Shown in pieces: positions 13,980-26,300 of a stretch of 64,000 nt of DNA; position 1 is the first letter of the stretch; the number at the start of each line of letters is the position of its first letter. Position numbers and translations under genes: made by a program. This stretch comes from Octopus vulgaris (Eukaryota): the NCBI GenBank assembly GCA_951406725.2, contig OX597814.1, positions 118,482,001-118,546,000 of the forward strand, given 5' to 3'. The notes under the pieces were generated by a model that was given only the letters and a program-made list of their open reading frames with translations, made no database searches and was not told the origin of the DNA.

Positions 13980-14373
13980 CTAGCAGTATCGCCCGGCGTT
14001 TCCTCGGGTTTGTTTCGACCCTTTAGAACTGGAATTTTTGAAAAGTAAAAATTTTACATTATGTAGCTTACATTATGTAGCTCTTTAAGTGATTTTTTTT
14101 CTGATTTAAATACACCGAAAAATGGCGACACAGCAGTCAAAATATCATAAAAAATAGGAATTTTCATTGAATAATGCATCGTTACGATGTAAATAATTTT
14201 TGATCTTAACATGGTCCGATTTGAATTTTTTCCTTTTACAGAATGAAGAGCGAGCCTTCTTTTATCATGCTCTCAATTTTGGTCAACTTGCGCCGTAGTG
14301 TCTCAGAGGAGATAGTATTAGTTGAAGGCTACCAAACCTGCCATACACAGAAAACTTCAGCTTTATATATATA
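13980..14373 (-). mobile_element. Non-autonomous Helitron (~390 bp)
   Basis: The minus-strand 3' end is CCCGAGGAAACGCCGGGCGATACTGCTAG|T (hairpin plus CTAG). The 5' region TATATATAAAGCTGAAGTTTTCTGTG is abutted by the Tc1 insertion. Confidence 0.8.
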
Positions 14374-15997
14374 CAGTTGCGGCCAAAGTGTTCAGAACGG
14401 CATTGTTTTTGTCAGAAAAGTAGATATAAGTTTTTATCAAAGTTGTTTTATATTCTATAATTTTCACAGACAATAAATACAATATTATTTGTTATTGTCC
14501 GCGATTTTGGTGTAATTTGAGTAGATAATACAAAAGTTATGGATGATTTAGTGATTTACTGCAAAACCCATGGCGGCCAAAATGATCAGAACGGTTGAAA
14601 AAGTAACGAAATAATCAAAAAGTTACAGAGAATGCTGGAATTATTTCATATTTAGTGTGAAGCCCTTTCGCTTCATTCAAAGTTTGACATTTTCGACTGC
14701 ATGGGGAAATTAAATTTTCAATTTCTTGCTGGGTGACCTTATTCCATTCTTCCTGAAGGGCATTCCATAATTGCTCGGTTATTTTAGGATTTCTGGCTTT
14801 CAAACGTTCTCCTAGAATATTCCACTCATTTTCAATAGGATTTAGGTCTAGTCTTTGAGCAGGCCAATCCATAACAATAACCTATTCAGCCTTGACGAAG
14901 TTCATGACCACCTTAGCCTTGTGACATGGAGCATTGTCCTGCATGAATATGGGTGGTCGCTTAGTTGAATTTCTCAGCACAGGCAAGACATGATCTTTTA
15001 CAAGTTGTTTATAAACTCCTGCATTTACCTTTCCATGTAATCGCACCAAAGGGCCCACAACATCGCGAGATATCATCTCCCAAACCATGATACTTCCTCC
15101 ACCGAATTTAACACTGGTCTTAAGGTATTTAGACGACAATGTTTCACCGACTTTTCGACGAACGTACCTTTTCCCATCTGAGCCAAATAACATAAACTTA
15201 CATTCATCACTGAAATGCACCGATTGCCATTTTTCTTGAGACCACAACACATGTTCGGTTGCAAAAGTAAGACGACACTTTTTTATTCTTGGAGCTGATC
15301 AGTGGCTTCACTGCAGGTGCTCTTGCTTGTAGGCCATGTTCAACTAAACGACGAGACAGTTTTTCGAGATAAAGTTTTCGTTAGTACAATGCTCATTTCC
15401 CGAAAAACAGCAGCAGCAGTTTTAAATCTGTCCTTTTTAACCAACTTTACCATAGCACGATCTTCTCTCTTGGTCGTTTTCTTGGCCTACCTGTAGACTT
15501 TCTTGCTTCCCACGAACCACAATCATCGGAGACCTTATGAATACCGTGAACAACACTTTTTGATTGTTAACAATCTTTGCAATAGACCTAATACGTAGAT
15601 TATCCTTCTTTCGAAGCTTAATAATCTGCTGACGAATTGGTAACGGAGTAAGTGGCATTATGTTAACAAAGTACACTGCAGATATTCTTACTAATGTTTA
15701 GTAAACGAACTGTCACGTAAACAAATTCAAAACATTAGAGTTCGACAGTTAAATATACTAAAACATGGAGTAAAAGCAACCGTTCTGATCATTTTGGCCG
15801 CCATGGGTTTTGCAGTAAATCACTAAATCATCCATAACTTTTGTATTATCTACTCAAATTACACCAAAATCGCGGACAATAACAAATAATATTGTATGTA
15901 TTTTCTGTGAAAATTATAGAATATAAAACAACTTTGATAAAAACTTATATCTACTTTTCTGATGAAAACAATGCCGTTCTGAACATTTTGGCAGCAA

Positions 15998-16000
<3 letters not shown>
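14374..16000 (-). mobile_element. Tc1 (DD34E) transposon, IR/DR type, ~224-bp TIRs; transposase pseudogene ~14646-15658
   Basis: TIRs at 14374-14597 and 15777-16000, each with outer and inner direct repeats GCGGCCAAAATG.TCAGAACGG, flanked by TA. Motifs GRPRK, FSDECKF, QDNAPCH-(34)-NPIE. Contains a stop and frameshifts. Confidence 0.96.
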
Positions 16001-16030
<30 letters not shown>

Positions 16031-16032
<2 letters not shown>

Positions 16033-16378
16033 TTGTATTTCGACAAGAATTCTTTCGTCACACTCTTTGACCTCATCAGTGGTCCTTTGCTTTCTTCCGA
16101 TCTGCCATTTTGTATTCCTAATGTATGAGTCTTTATTTTAACTTCTATGTTGTCGAGCGAGCCTCCGTGCTCCTGCTTGGCCTGCTGGTATAGAACCGAT
16201 GAGCTCTTCTCTTCCTTAAGTTCTCTCCAATGCTCATTTACCCGCTCTCCTATGCTCCGTGTTATTTCCCCTACATACGGTGTTGTCTTGTTACTTCATC
16301 GTCCATCAATACATCTTATATTGTATGTAGATTTTAGCCCACAGACAAACTGTAAAGCTAGGAATGTAGTATATAGTG
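16031..16378 (-). mobile_element. 5'-truncated, 5'-inverted PLE fragment (same family as 40380-41960) with hammerhead motif at 16041-16083
   Basis: The minus strand encodes GIY-YIG TPYVGEITRSIGERVNEHW. 16322-16378 is the adjacent upstream segment in opposite orientation. The 3' end matches 41850-41960. Confidence 0.88.
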
Positions 16379-16379
16379 T

Positions 16380-18200
16380 GCTCGAATGGATTCCACTATT
16401 CAAAACTTCTGTTCTGTTCCCAGAAAATACTTCATCCTGAATAGTTATTTTCCACGGATTCCAGTATTTGACAATGTTGACAGGAGGATCTTGTAGTCGA
16501 CTCTGTCGAACGCTTTACTGAAGTTAAGCTATATGATACCAGAATTTTAAGGAAATCATCGATGTGATATAAAAGCTATGCTACACAGTCCCTACCACAG
16601 CAAAAGTCATGATGGTTGAAATTTAGAAGTTTATGGCACTCCAGGAAGTAAGTTATTCTTGATCTTACCGCTCAGTTTGATGATATGAGAATTGAGTGAA
16701 ATGAGACGAGAGTTAACTGCAATATACCTGCTTTCCTTTTTGAAGACGGGGATATGAGATTGGAATAACTACTGTTTCGGTATATAGCCTGAGTCTAAAG
16801 AATTTCTTCAGGAGTCGGTTAGAGGGATTGCAAGTATTGTCTACTTTCCTTCATAGCACTAGCGGATGATGTATCAGGACATACATTTATTGCTGTTATG
16901 ATGTCTAAAGCAGTAAATTTTATGCCCAAAATAATATGTTTAGCATTGATTTCGTTCATAACTCCTGCATCAATATCAGTGGTGTTACTAAAGACAAAAC
17001 AGTATTGTTTCTGCAGTATTTTTGCCATTATTTTTACGTCATGTTGGAGAGTGCTGTTATCATCAATCAGTGGATGAACGGGTGAGACAGTGGCCCAGTA
17101 GTTTTCGGCATAGAATAAAACACTTTCGAGTTCTATTTTATTTTTAATTATCCAGTTTTTCGTAATTGCTCTTTGATTTGAGATGTAGATTTTCATGGTA
17201 AACTGCAGACGATGTATTTCTCACTCGAGCCATTTAATTGCTGTTGAATGCGAATGCAGCTGTTGCTAGTATTTTAATTGGCGTATTTCTTCTATTATTA
17301 CGGTTTTTTTAAATTATTTTATTATTAAGTTTTTTTTATTCTCCTAATTAGTGTTTTTATTTTAATCTTTAGAGCCTGTATTTATTAGTGCTCACGCGGT
17401 TTGTAGGAGCATGATTTCAGCATGTATATGTAACAACAATTCTAAAACGCTGCATGGTTCTTTCAATGTCAGAGAAGCACTGAGTGAAGAACCATTCGGT
17501 GTGTGACAAATGTTTTTTAGTGGCTTTCCTGTTTACTTTGTGAAAGTTGATGTAGTCGAACAGATGTTCCGTTTGGTTATGACATATCGGAAACGACAGA
17601 AACCATGTTAAGGAAAAGGAGATTTTTCAACTGAAATGCTATGTATAGCTTTAGTTTGTTAATGTCAGGTCCAGGTTCAATTTGTCTTATCTCTTTGGGT
17701 CAAGCGCGTTCGATTTGGAAAAATTAATGCATTAAACCAAATAGTAATTCTGCTGCTGCTTTGCATGTTGTAGTGCAGTTCCCTAGCTTCAGAGTATTTA
17801 TAGGCAAGTTCACAAATGGGAGCATAATATATGTTCCCTGAATTGTATTTTCGAGAGGAGACTTGAATTCTTTGAGGCACATTTTAAAGCAGTGTAGGGG
17901 TGATTCATAAGGCGTGCAGAGACCGGCAATATTTATGTCATTAACTTCCTTGAATAACGATATGGATTCTGAGTTACTATTTGAAAATATGTATTTGGCA
18001 TCCAAAGAATCGTGGTTAAAAGTGGCTGCTCATTCATCGTATTGGTCTGTGCGATCTACACGGATGAATGTGATTTTTTTTTTACCAGCCCGACATTCAC
18101 ATGTATGTTGTTTATGTGAATTTCCTCACGGATGACGAAAAGGATGCAAAAGAGGGTGATTTCCACAGCCAGCTCTTCATGTATAAAATCTACCAGTTTG
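16380..18200 (-). mobile_element. Degenerate CR1/L2-group LINE ORF2 (APE endonuclease and RT)
   Basis: The minus strand gives NLDLTLTN and VNLP (endonuclease), MAKILQKQYCFVFS, IPVFKKG, NHHDFCCGRDCV and NFSKAFDRVDYKILL...GIRGK. Confidence 0.82.
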
Positions 18201-19489
18201 GGGTTATTCAATGAAGGGGTCGATGTCACCTAAATGTAGCAGTAATGTTGAACTGTAGTTTGGTTGTTGTTTGTATTGTAATAATTACTTTGTTTTAGGT
18301 ATTTTGTTATTCAGTGGCAAAATTCAGGATAGTTTTTGTAAGGAACTCTTTGTGAGAAGTGGTATTGTAATTCAGTGGTCTCAAGCATTTATTGCCTAGC
18401 GACCCCTTTGATTACTATTTTACTCATGTGAACCTCTACAGCCAGTTGATGTATATAAAAATCCCACTGAAGTTTTACAATTTAATATTATTAGGAATTG
18501 TACAAAACATTAAAATATTTTGCGTATTGTAAAAGTTACCCAAAAACAACTTCATATGGACGCCCAAATATCACATGGACTTCGGTTAAGATACACTATT
18601 CTAGTAAATGTTGCTGAGTATTCCTAGAGCTTTTAATATACGACTGCTGACAGCCGCTGAACCTCCAAGCTTTGGTCGGGCTTCGTGTTCTTCAGATTAG
18701 TCAGTAAAAAGAAATTTCCCTTTTGGTTTGTCATTAAATGAAGTGATATATAGTGCTTTTTTAGTTTATTTCGTTTCCCTATTGTTCTTTCTGATTGATA
18801 GGGTTATTCGACGGTAGGTGTTAGGAAGTGCACTGTGGTTTTATTTCGTTTTGGGTGCACCTCCCTTATGCTCTTTGTTTTTCATTTGTTTTGAGCCAAT
18901 CAGATGGCGGTAGCTGCATTCCGGATTCAGGTAAATTCTTACAGAGAGAGAATTGGGACATAGTTTGGGATGGAAGAAGGCACACATTTGTTGCATCCAT
19001 ATTTAGGGACAGGCTAAAGGCTTATTGAGGTGACCCCCAACCTGTTGTCATGGAATCAGGTGTTATTCTGCACCCACTGACCAGTATAACTTCTAGATTT
19101 TCCATATTCTCATGAATTCTTTGATTGCATTCGCAGTTTTTATGTTCTGTAAAAAAGATTTTGAAGCTAATGTTACCCCTATTTTACTGTAAATACTGGC
19201 TGTTTCATCATCGTAGGTCGCTAGGTGTTCCAAGCTTTTGTTAGAGCATTCATTTTATTATATAGCCAGTGACGTTCCATAGAGCTATTTGCCATGTTCA
19301 GTAGATAGAGTACTATTCTATACTAGACACTAGTTATTGGCCAGTTAGATAATTCAGTTTAATATATAATTGTATTTGATGCCTTTACCCAAAATTTCTC
19401 ATAAAAGCCTCTTCCTATAAAGCTAGTTTTAAGTCTCTTTCTACGTTGTTTCTGAGCATAAACTATAATTTTCTAATCGGATTATTTAA

Positions 19490-19705
19490 CCCTTTAGCAT
19501 TCAAACCATATCATGCCAAACTATTTAATCTGTTTTATGTTGAAACCGACCAGATCTGGCCTCTAAACACAACCCTACAACGTCATTCCAAAAATAAGCA
19601 ATCACATCATCTATATTTCTAAACTACAAGATAATGCATGATTAATTCAAAATAATATACACAAACAAGCATTATATTTTACGAAATAATCTGCAAACCA
19701 AAGGG
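19490..19705. mobile_element. piggyBac-type MITE
   Basis: TTAA|CCCTTT ... AAAGGG|TTAA, with TTAA duplicated at 19486-19489 and 19706-19709. Confidence 0.78.
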
Positions 19706-20323
19706 TTAAATATAATTTTAGAACAGTGTATAACTTAATATTTATTATCAGCTACAATTTCATTCCTAGCACAACATTTTACTACAGAGCACTCCTAATC
19801 CTACTAATTAAAGAAGAAAATATTGAAATCGTCGTTTTATTAAAAATTTAAGAAAAGAATTTATCCTGAAGGAAACTATCTTGCAAACAAATTTGAAAAA
19901 CAGAGACAGAAAAATATATATAAAATAAATGCACCTGAAATTCGTTTCTTTTGTGCTTTGTAATTTATTATTTATTAACAATCCATTGTGATTGTAAAAA
20001 CAACTATGCTCTCTCAATTGACTAATATGTGTGGTCTGAACCACTCCTTTTCCACTATTGTTTCTCTAACTAACAGATAACGAATGCAGCTCTATAAATA
20101 GAACTGGCAATGTTTTTGTTTAAGACTCAATGAATTTATATTTAGACTAGGAAGAACTAAAAAGGAATAAAAATGAAATAACATGTAAACACATACGCAC
20201 ACACATAGCGAAAACATTTTTGTAAACAAACATATAAGCGTGCAGTGAGTCAATGTTCTACTAAAGATAAAGGGAATCTCCAACGCAGGCTGTCTGTGAG
20301 GACAACTTAGAAAATCGGATAAA

Positions 20324-23300
20324 TCTCTCTATATATAAACGGCAGTTTGTCTGTGCGTGCTTCTGTGTGTCTGTTTTCTCGTACCCTCACTCTGACCACG
20401 GCTTTCAACCGATTCTGATGAAACTTGACACACACGTAGCCCAATGTCATAATTCAAAACTAACGCAGCGAAAATTTTGAAAAGTTCCCCCAGTTCTGAA
20501 AAAAATTGATAAAGTCGACATGGGGTCGAGAATCATAAACACGAACCACAGACTGTCTAGGGGGCGCAACTCGAGAATCTAAGCTTTTTTTATGCAACGC
20601 ATTATCTATGGTAGTTTTCACAACTTGCAATCGATTTTCACCAAACTCATGGTGAAGCTTAATGTTACCCTAAGAAACTCAATTCTGACGTTAGTTTTCC
20701 ATGCAATACCTTACCATCAGAAACAATCGATAAAATCATGCCATTTTGGGAAATCGCGTTCAAATTCAAGATGACATATTTTCGACAATATCTTTCACAA
20801 ATTGGCAGGAATTTTTTTTTTTTCACAACGAGCATCATGTCTGCTCCAAGGAGCTATATAGCCCTTTTTATTCCAATAGGATACATTATTGGAAAAAATC
20901 GGTTAATTTAATCATATGTGGCACACATAGCAAACAAATTTGTGTATTAAACACAAACCAGACTGTCTAGGGGACGCAACTTGACCTTTTTAGCTATCGA
21001 TAATTCGATCCAACCAATTCCTACCAGGAAGAAATTACATTCGAGACTTTACCCCCAACACCGCCACTTCTGCTAATAGCTGCTGCAGCCGCAAGTTATT
21101 CGAATACTTTTTTGTTTAAACTTTCTTTATAACTACCACCCCAAACGTTTTACCTTCAATTTTTGACGTACCCTAACGGTCCTCGGACGCTACTTGCAAA
21201 CTCTTGGTTTATTATAAACCACTTTTGTCGTGTGCATCAAAAAACTTTTCCTTTCGTTTGTTCAGTTTGATCACTTTTGACTTTTTCGTTGTTGTCACTC
21301 ACATTGCTGCCAGCTTTTTGGCCGTTTTTGTACATTTTTATACATTTTCGGATACTTACCCCACGAGCTCCTTTTTATTACACCTTTACCAAACACATTG
21401 CTATCCACCAAAATACTTACCCCACGTGTTCCTTTTTATTACACCTTTGCCAAACACATTGCTATCCACCAAAATGCCACCCAAGAAGAGAAGGACCCTC
21501 CTCAGCCCTCGGACGGCCAAGGCATCGACTGCTAGGGCTAGAAGGGCACGCGAGACCCACGAGGAAACCGCCTTGCGCCTCTCGCAAACAGCTTCCCGTT
21601 ATGCCGCTGCTCAGGCATCTGAAACTACTAGCGACCGTTCTACCCGACTTGCAAGGGTCGCAGCGTACAGATCTTCCCTCCGCTCGAGGTTGACGAAAGA
21701 GCAACAGTCCAGCCAAAACATGCGGGCTTCTTACTGTGCTTCCATCCGCAGAGCTCGCGAGAACCCCGAACAAAGGGCCATTCGGAATGCGGCTAACGCC
21801 ACTAGCACCGCCAGAACGCGATCTGTCGAAACCTCACAGCAGAGGAGAACTCGCCAAGATGCTGACGCCGCAAACAAAGCCATGGCTCGATCTGCCGAAA
21901 CTCCACACCAACGGATAATTCGGACATCCAGACATGCCATTAACACTGCTTCTGCTAGGGCTTCAGAGGGTGCTGAGGCGAGAGCTGAAAGGCTTTCAAG
22001 GGATGCCACTGCTACCGCTGTCGCACGTGCATCTGAATCTGCTGAGGCACGGTGCACTCGACTTGAGAGTATCAACAAACGTCGGGATATCATTCGTGGT
22101 GTACGTACCCCTGCCCCCGCTTTCTGGTTGTCACTAGCATTCAACTACGACGCCACAATTAACTTCTCCTTGCGTGACGACATCAAGATAGGGTCAATGA
22201 CAATTGTATGCCAATTTTGCAAAGCCAAGAAATGGCCCGGAGAGCCACCTGGTTTGTGCTGCTCTGGTGGCAAAGTGGACCTGCCACCCCTACGGGAACC
22301 ACCTCAACCACTGAAGGATCTCGCGGCGGGTTTAACCCCCGATTCGTCACAATTCCTTGAAATAATTCGAAAGTACAACTGCTCGTTCCAAATGACCTCT
22401 TTCGGGGCCAAAATTCCTCCCAGAGAAGGCTGGATGCCTACTTTCAAAGTGCAGGGACAGGTCTACCATCTTATTGGGTCACGTCTGCCAGACGAGATTC
22501 AGCAGTCTTCTTTCCTCCAAATATACTTCATTGCCGACTACAACCACCAGGTTGATGCACGCCTTGGAATAATACCGGGTACAAGCTATGTTCCCCGCAA
22601 AGACATTCTTCTCCGTCTCCAAACCATGCTTCATGATATCAACAGCTACGTCTGCAGCTTCAAATATGCCTTGGACAGTGCTGCATCTCCAAACTTCACC
22701 GTTGTCATTGATGCTGATAAACGACCCCACGGGGAGCACGAACGCCGTTTTAACGCACCTGCGTGCAACGAAATTGCCGCAGTCATACACGGAGAGCAAC
22801 CCAACAGCCGTGACATAATCATCTCCTCCCGTGGTAACAACCTACACAGGATCAGCGAGACTCACAGATCTTATGACGCGCTTCAGTATCCATTGCTTTT
22901 CCCTTATGGGGAAGACGGCTACCACTTCGGAATTCCTTTACGGCAGCTCTCCAATCAAACTACTGCGGCATCAAAGACGGTTTCCTGCAGAGCGTTCTAC
23001 TCATACCGGTTCGTGGTCAGGGAGGGTGAGTTCAACTTATTGCCCCGTTGTCGTCAGCTATTCAACCAGTTCACCGTCGACATGGCCGCAAAAATGGAAT
23101 CGGAAAGGCTGCTATACATTAAACTTAATCAGACCAAACTTCGCTCCGACTCCTACATTCATCTCCGTGACGGTTTGCAACAAGAAAATGACCCTCGCAA
23201 CATCGGCAAGCCATGCATTCTACCCTCCACCTTCACGGGAGGACCGCGATATATGTGTGAAAGGACCCAAGACGCCTTGACTTACGTGCGCATTTACGGC

Positions 23301-26300
23301 CGGCCGGACCTCTTTATCACCTACACGTGCAATCCCAGCTGCGACGAAATCACTCGCGAACTCCTCCCGGGTCAATCTCACACCCATCGACACGACATCG
23401 TTGCTAGGGTTTTCCGTCTGAATTTGGGCAAAATGAAGGATTTGATAGTTAAGGGTCAGATTTTCGGGCATGTCAGGTGCCACATGTTTTCGGTCGAGTG
23501 GCAAAAGAGGGGCTTGCCACATGCTCACATCTTAATTTGGCTCACTCATAAAATCGAGAATAATGACATTGACAAATTCATTTCCGCCGAGATTCCTGAC
23601 CCCGATGAGGACCCCGGACTCTACGAAATTGTCCGCACTACCATGGTACACGGGCCCTGTGGACCAAATTACGCCAACACACCATGCTACAAAAACGGAT
23701 TAGCCTGCTCAAAGGGATTCCCTAAACGGTTCACTTTGGAGACTCAAACAGGCGGCGATGGGTATCCGCTGTACAAACGAAGGAGTCTAGCCAATGGAGG
23801 CCGCACGATTACGGTTGGGCGACATCAAGTGGACAACAGCTACATTGTGCCCTACTGTCCTCTCCTGTCGAAGATATTCAAAGCCCACGTCAACGTTGAG
23901 TTCTGCAGCTCCATCAGGTCAATACAATATGTCTGCAAATATATCAACAAAGGCAGCGATGCTGCCATGTTCAGCATCCAGAGGACCACCAGTCACGACG
24001 AAGTGTCCAACTACTTGGCTGGCCGGTACCTCAGCAGCAACGAAGCGTTTTGGCGCATTTACGGCTTCCCGCTCCATCAGAGACACCCGGCTGTGGTGCA
24101 GCTTGCTGTACACTTGGAAAATGGACAGCGGATTTACTTCACAGAGCAAAGTGCTGTGCAGATAGCCACCAGCCCTAAAGACACAGCGTTGACTGGTTTT
24201 TTCAAATTATGCCAACGTGATGACTTCGCTCGAACGCTTTTGTACCCACAGGTCCCATCGTACTTCGTGTGGTCTAAAAACACCTGGGTTCGACGGAAAT
24301 CCGGCAAAAACGTCGAAAGCTTCCCAGGCGTCAAGTTTGACTCCTGCCTGGGTCGAGTTTACAACATCCCGCCAAACCAGCAAGAATGCTTCTACCTCCG
24401 TCTCCTTCTACATGAGGTCACTGGTCCAACAGGTTTCGCCAATATACGTACCATCAATGGGGTTCTGTGCGACACCTTCAGGGAAGCATGTATGAGACTT
24501 GGCCTTCTAGAGGATGACTCCCAGTGGGACGCCACGATGGCAGAGGGTGCTTTACTGCAAACGCATTCGGCCCTACGACATCTTTTCGCAATCCTTCTTC
24601 AAAAATGTCAGGTTAGTGATCCACTAAGTCTCTGGATGAAATACAGGGATGACATGTCGCACGACTTCTTACGTACGGCTCAGCAACACTGCCCTTCCGC
24701 CGAGATCACGTTCACCAACTTCATTTACAATGTTGCGCTCATTCAACTCGAAGACGCTGTCATCGATATGGGTGGGTCTGCTTTAACAGAGTACGGCCTT
24801 CCACCACCCACACGTGAACACGCCAATGTTATGTTTGCTGAATTGTTACGCGAAACTTCCTACTGCATTGAGGAACTGCACCAGTACGTCCAAGATAATG
24901 AACCACGGCTGCTTCCAGACCAGCGCATAGCCTACAACACCATCGTAGACTCTGTCAGACAGCAACGTGGGGGGATTTTCTTCCTTGATGCACCCGGCGG
25001 CACTGGCAAAACCTTCGTCACTAAACTAATTCTGGCAGAGGTCAGACGCAACACGGACATTGCCCTGGCTGTAGCTTCCTCTGGTATCGCGGCCACGTTG
25101 CTTCCGGGTGGCAGAACCGCCCACTCTGCCTTCAGACTCCCGCTCGATCTGGCAAAGTCCGAGTCACCTATCTGCAACATCGCCAAGAACTCAGAACAGG
25201 CCGACATTCTGCACAGATGCAAACTCATCGTATGGAACGAGTGCACTATGGCACACAAAGGCGCCCTTGAGGCACTGGACAGGTCCCTGCAAGACATCAG
25301 AGACTCTACGGCCCCCATGGGAGGATTAACTTTACTTCTTTCAGGAGACTTCAGGCAGACTCTACCTGTTATTCCAAAAGGAACCCGTGCCGATGCCGTG
25401 CGCGCGTGCCTTAAGTCGTCAGCTCTTTGGGCACATGTGCGGCCCTTGCACCTCCAAACTAACATGCGCGCGCAGTTAATTGGTGACAGCGGATCCGCTG
25501 CATTCTCCAGGGACCTCTTATCGCTCGGTGAAAATAGGATGCTGTCTGATGCGGATGGCTACGTTCAATTGGACTCACTTTGCACCATTGTCGACACCCC
25601 TGCTAGCCTCCGGGACGCTGTCTTCCACGACCTACAAAACAATTTACGCGACCTAAAATGGCTGGCAGGCAGAGCTATTCTCGCACCCAAAAATACAACC
25701 GTCAACTCCATCAATATCCAGCTACTTGAAGCTATTCCTGGTGATGTCCACGTCTACAAATCTATAGATAGGACAGCAGACCCCGCCCAGCTTGCCGATT
25801 ATCCTGTTGAATTCCTGAATTCACTTGAACCGCCAGGCCTGCCACCACACATCCTGAAGTTAAAAGTCGGTGCGCCCATTATGCTCATCAGGAATTTGGT
25901 TCCACCTAAACAGTGCAACGGCACACGTTTGGTTGTGAAACATTTGGCACCACATTTAATAACGGCCACAATACTTACCGGTTGTGGGAAGGGAGAGGAC
26001 GTCTTCATTCCACGGATGCACCTTCAACCGTCGGGCGCTGACCTACCAATCCACTTCAGGCGTTCTCAGTTTCCTGTTAAACTCTGCTTCGCAATGTCCA
26101 TCAATAAATCCCAAGGCCAAACGCTACAAGTCGCTGGGTTACATTTGGGCGAACAGTGCTTCGCCCACGGTCAACTCTACGTGGGCTGTTCACGCGTTGG
26201 GAGGCGCAATGATGTTTTCATGTTTTCGCCCAAACGGACAGCTAGGAACATCGTATATACAGAAGTATTCCAGTGAAGACAAGACATTGCAACGTCCACA

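Noticed and set aside
21204-21473. 90-aa N-terminal extension of the Helitron ORF in the track
   Set aside because: It starts at TTG, is T-rich and contains a 61-bp (non-triplet) tandem duplication. The ATG at 21474 (MPPKKRR) is the plausible start.
21474-26276. Host PIF1 helicase gene
   Set aside because: It is fused to an HUH Rep domain, intronless and enclosed by Helitron termini.
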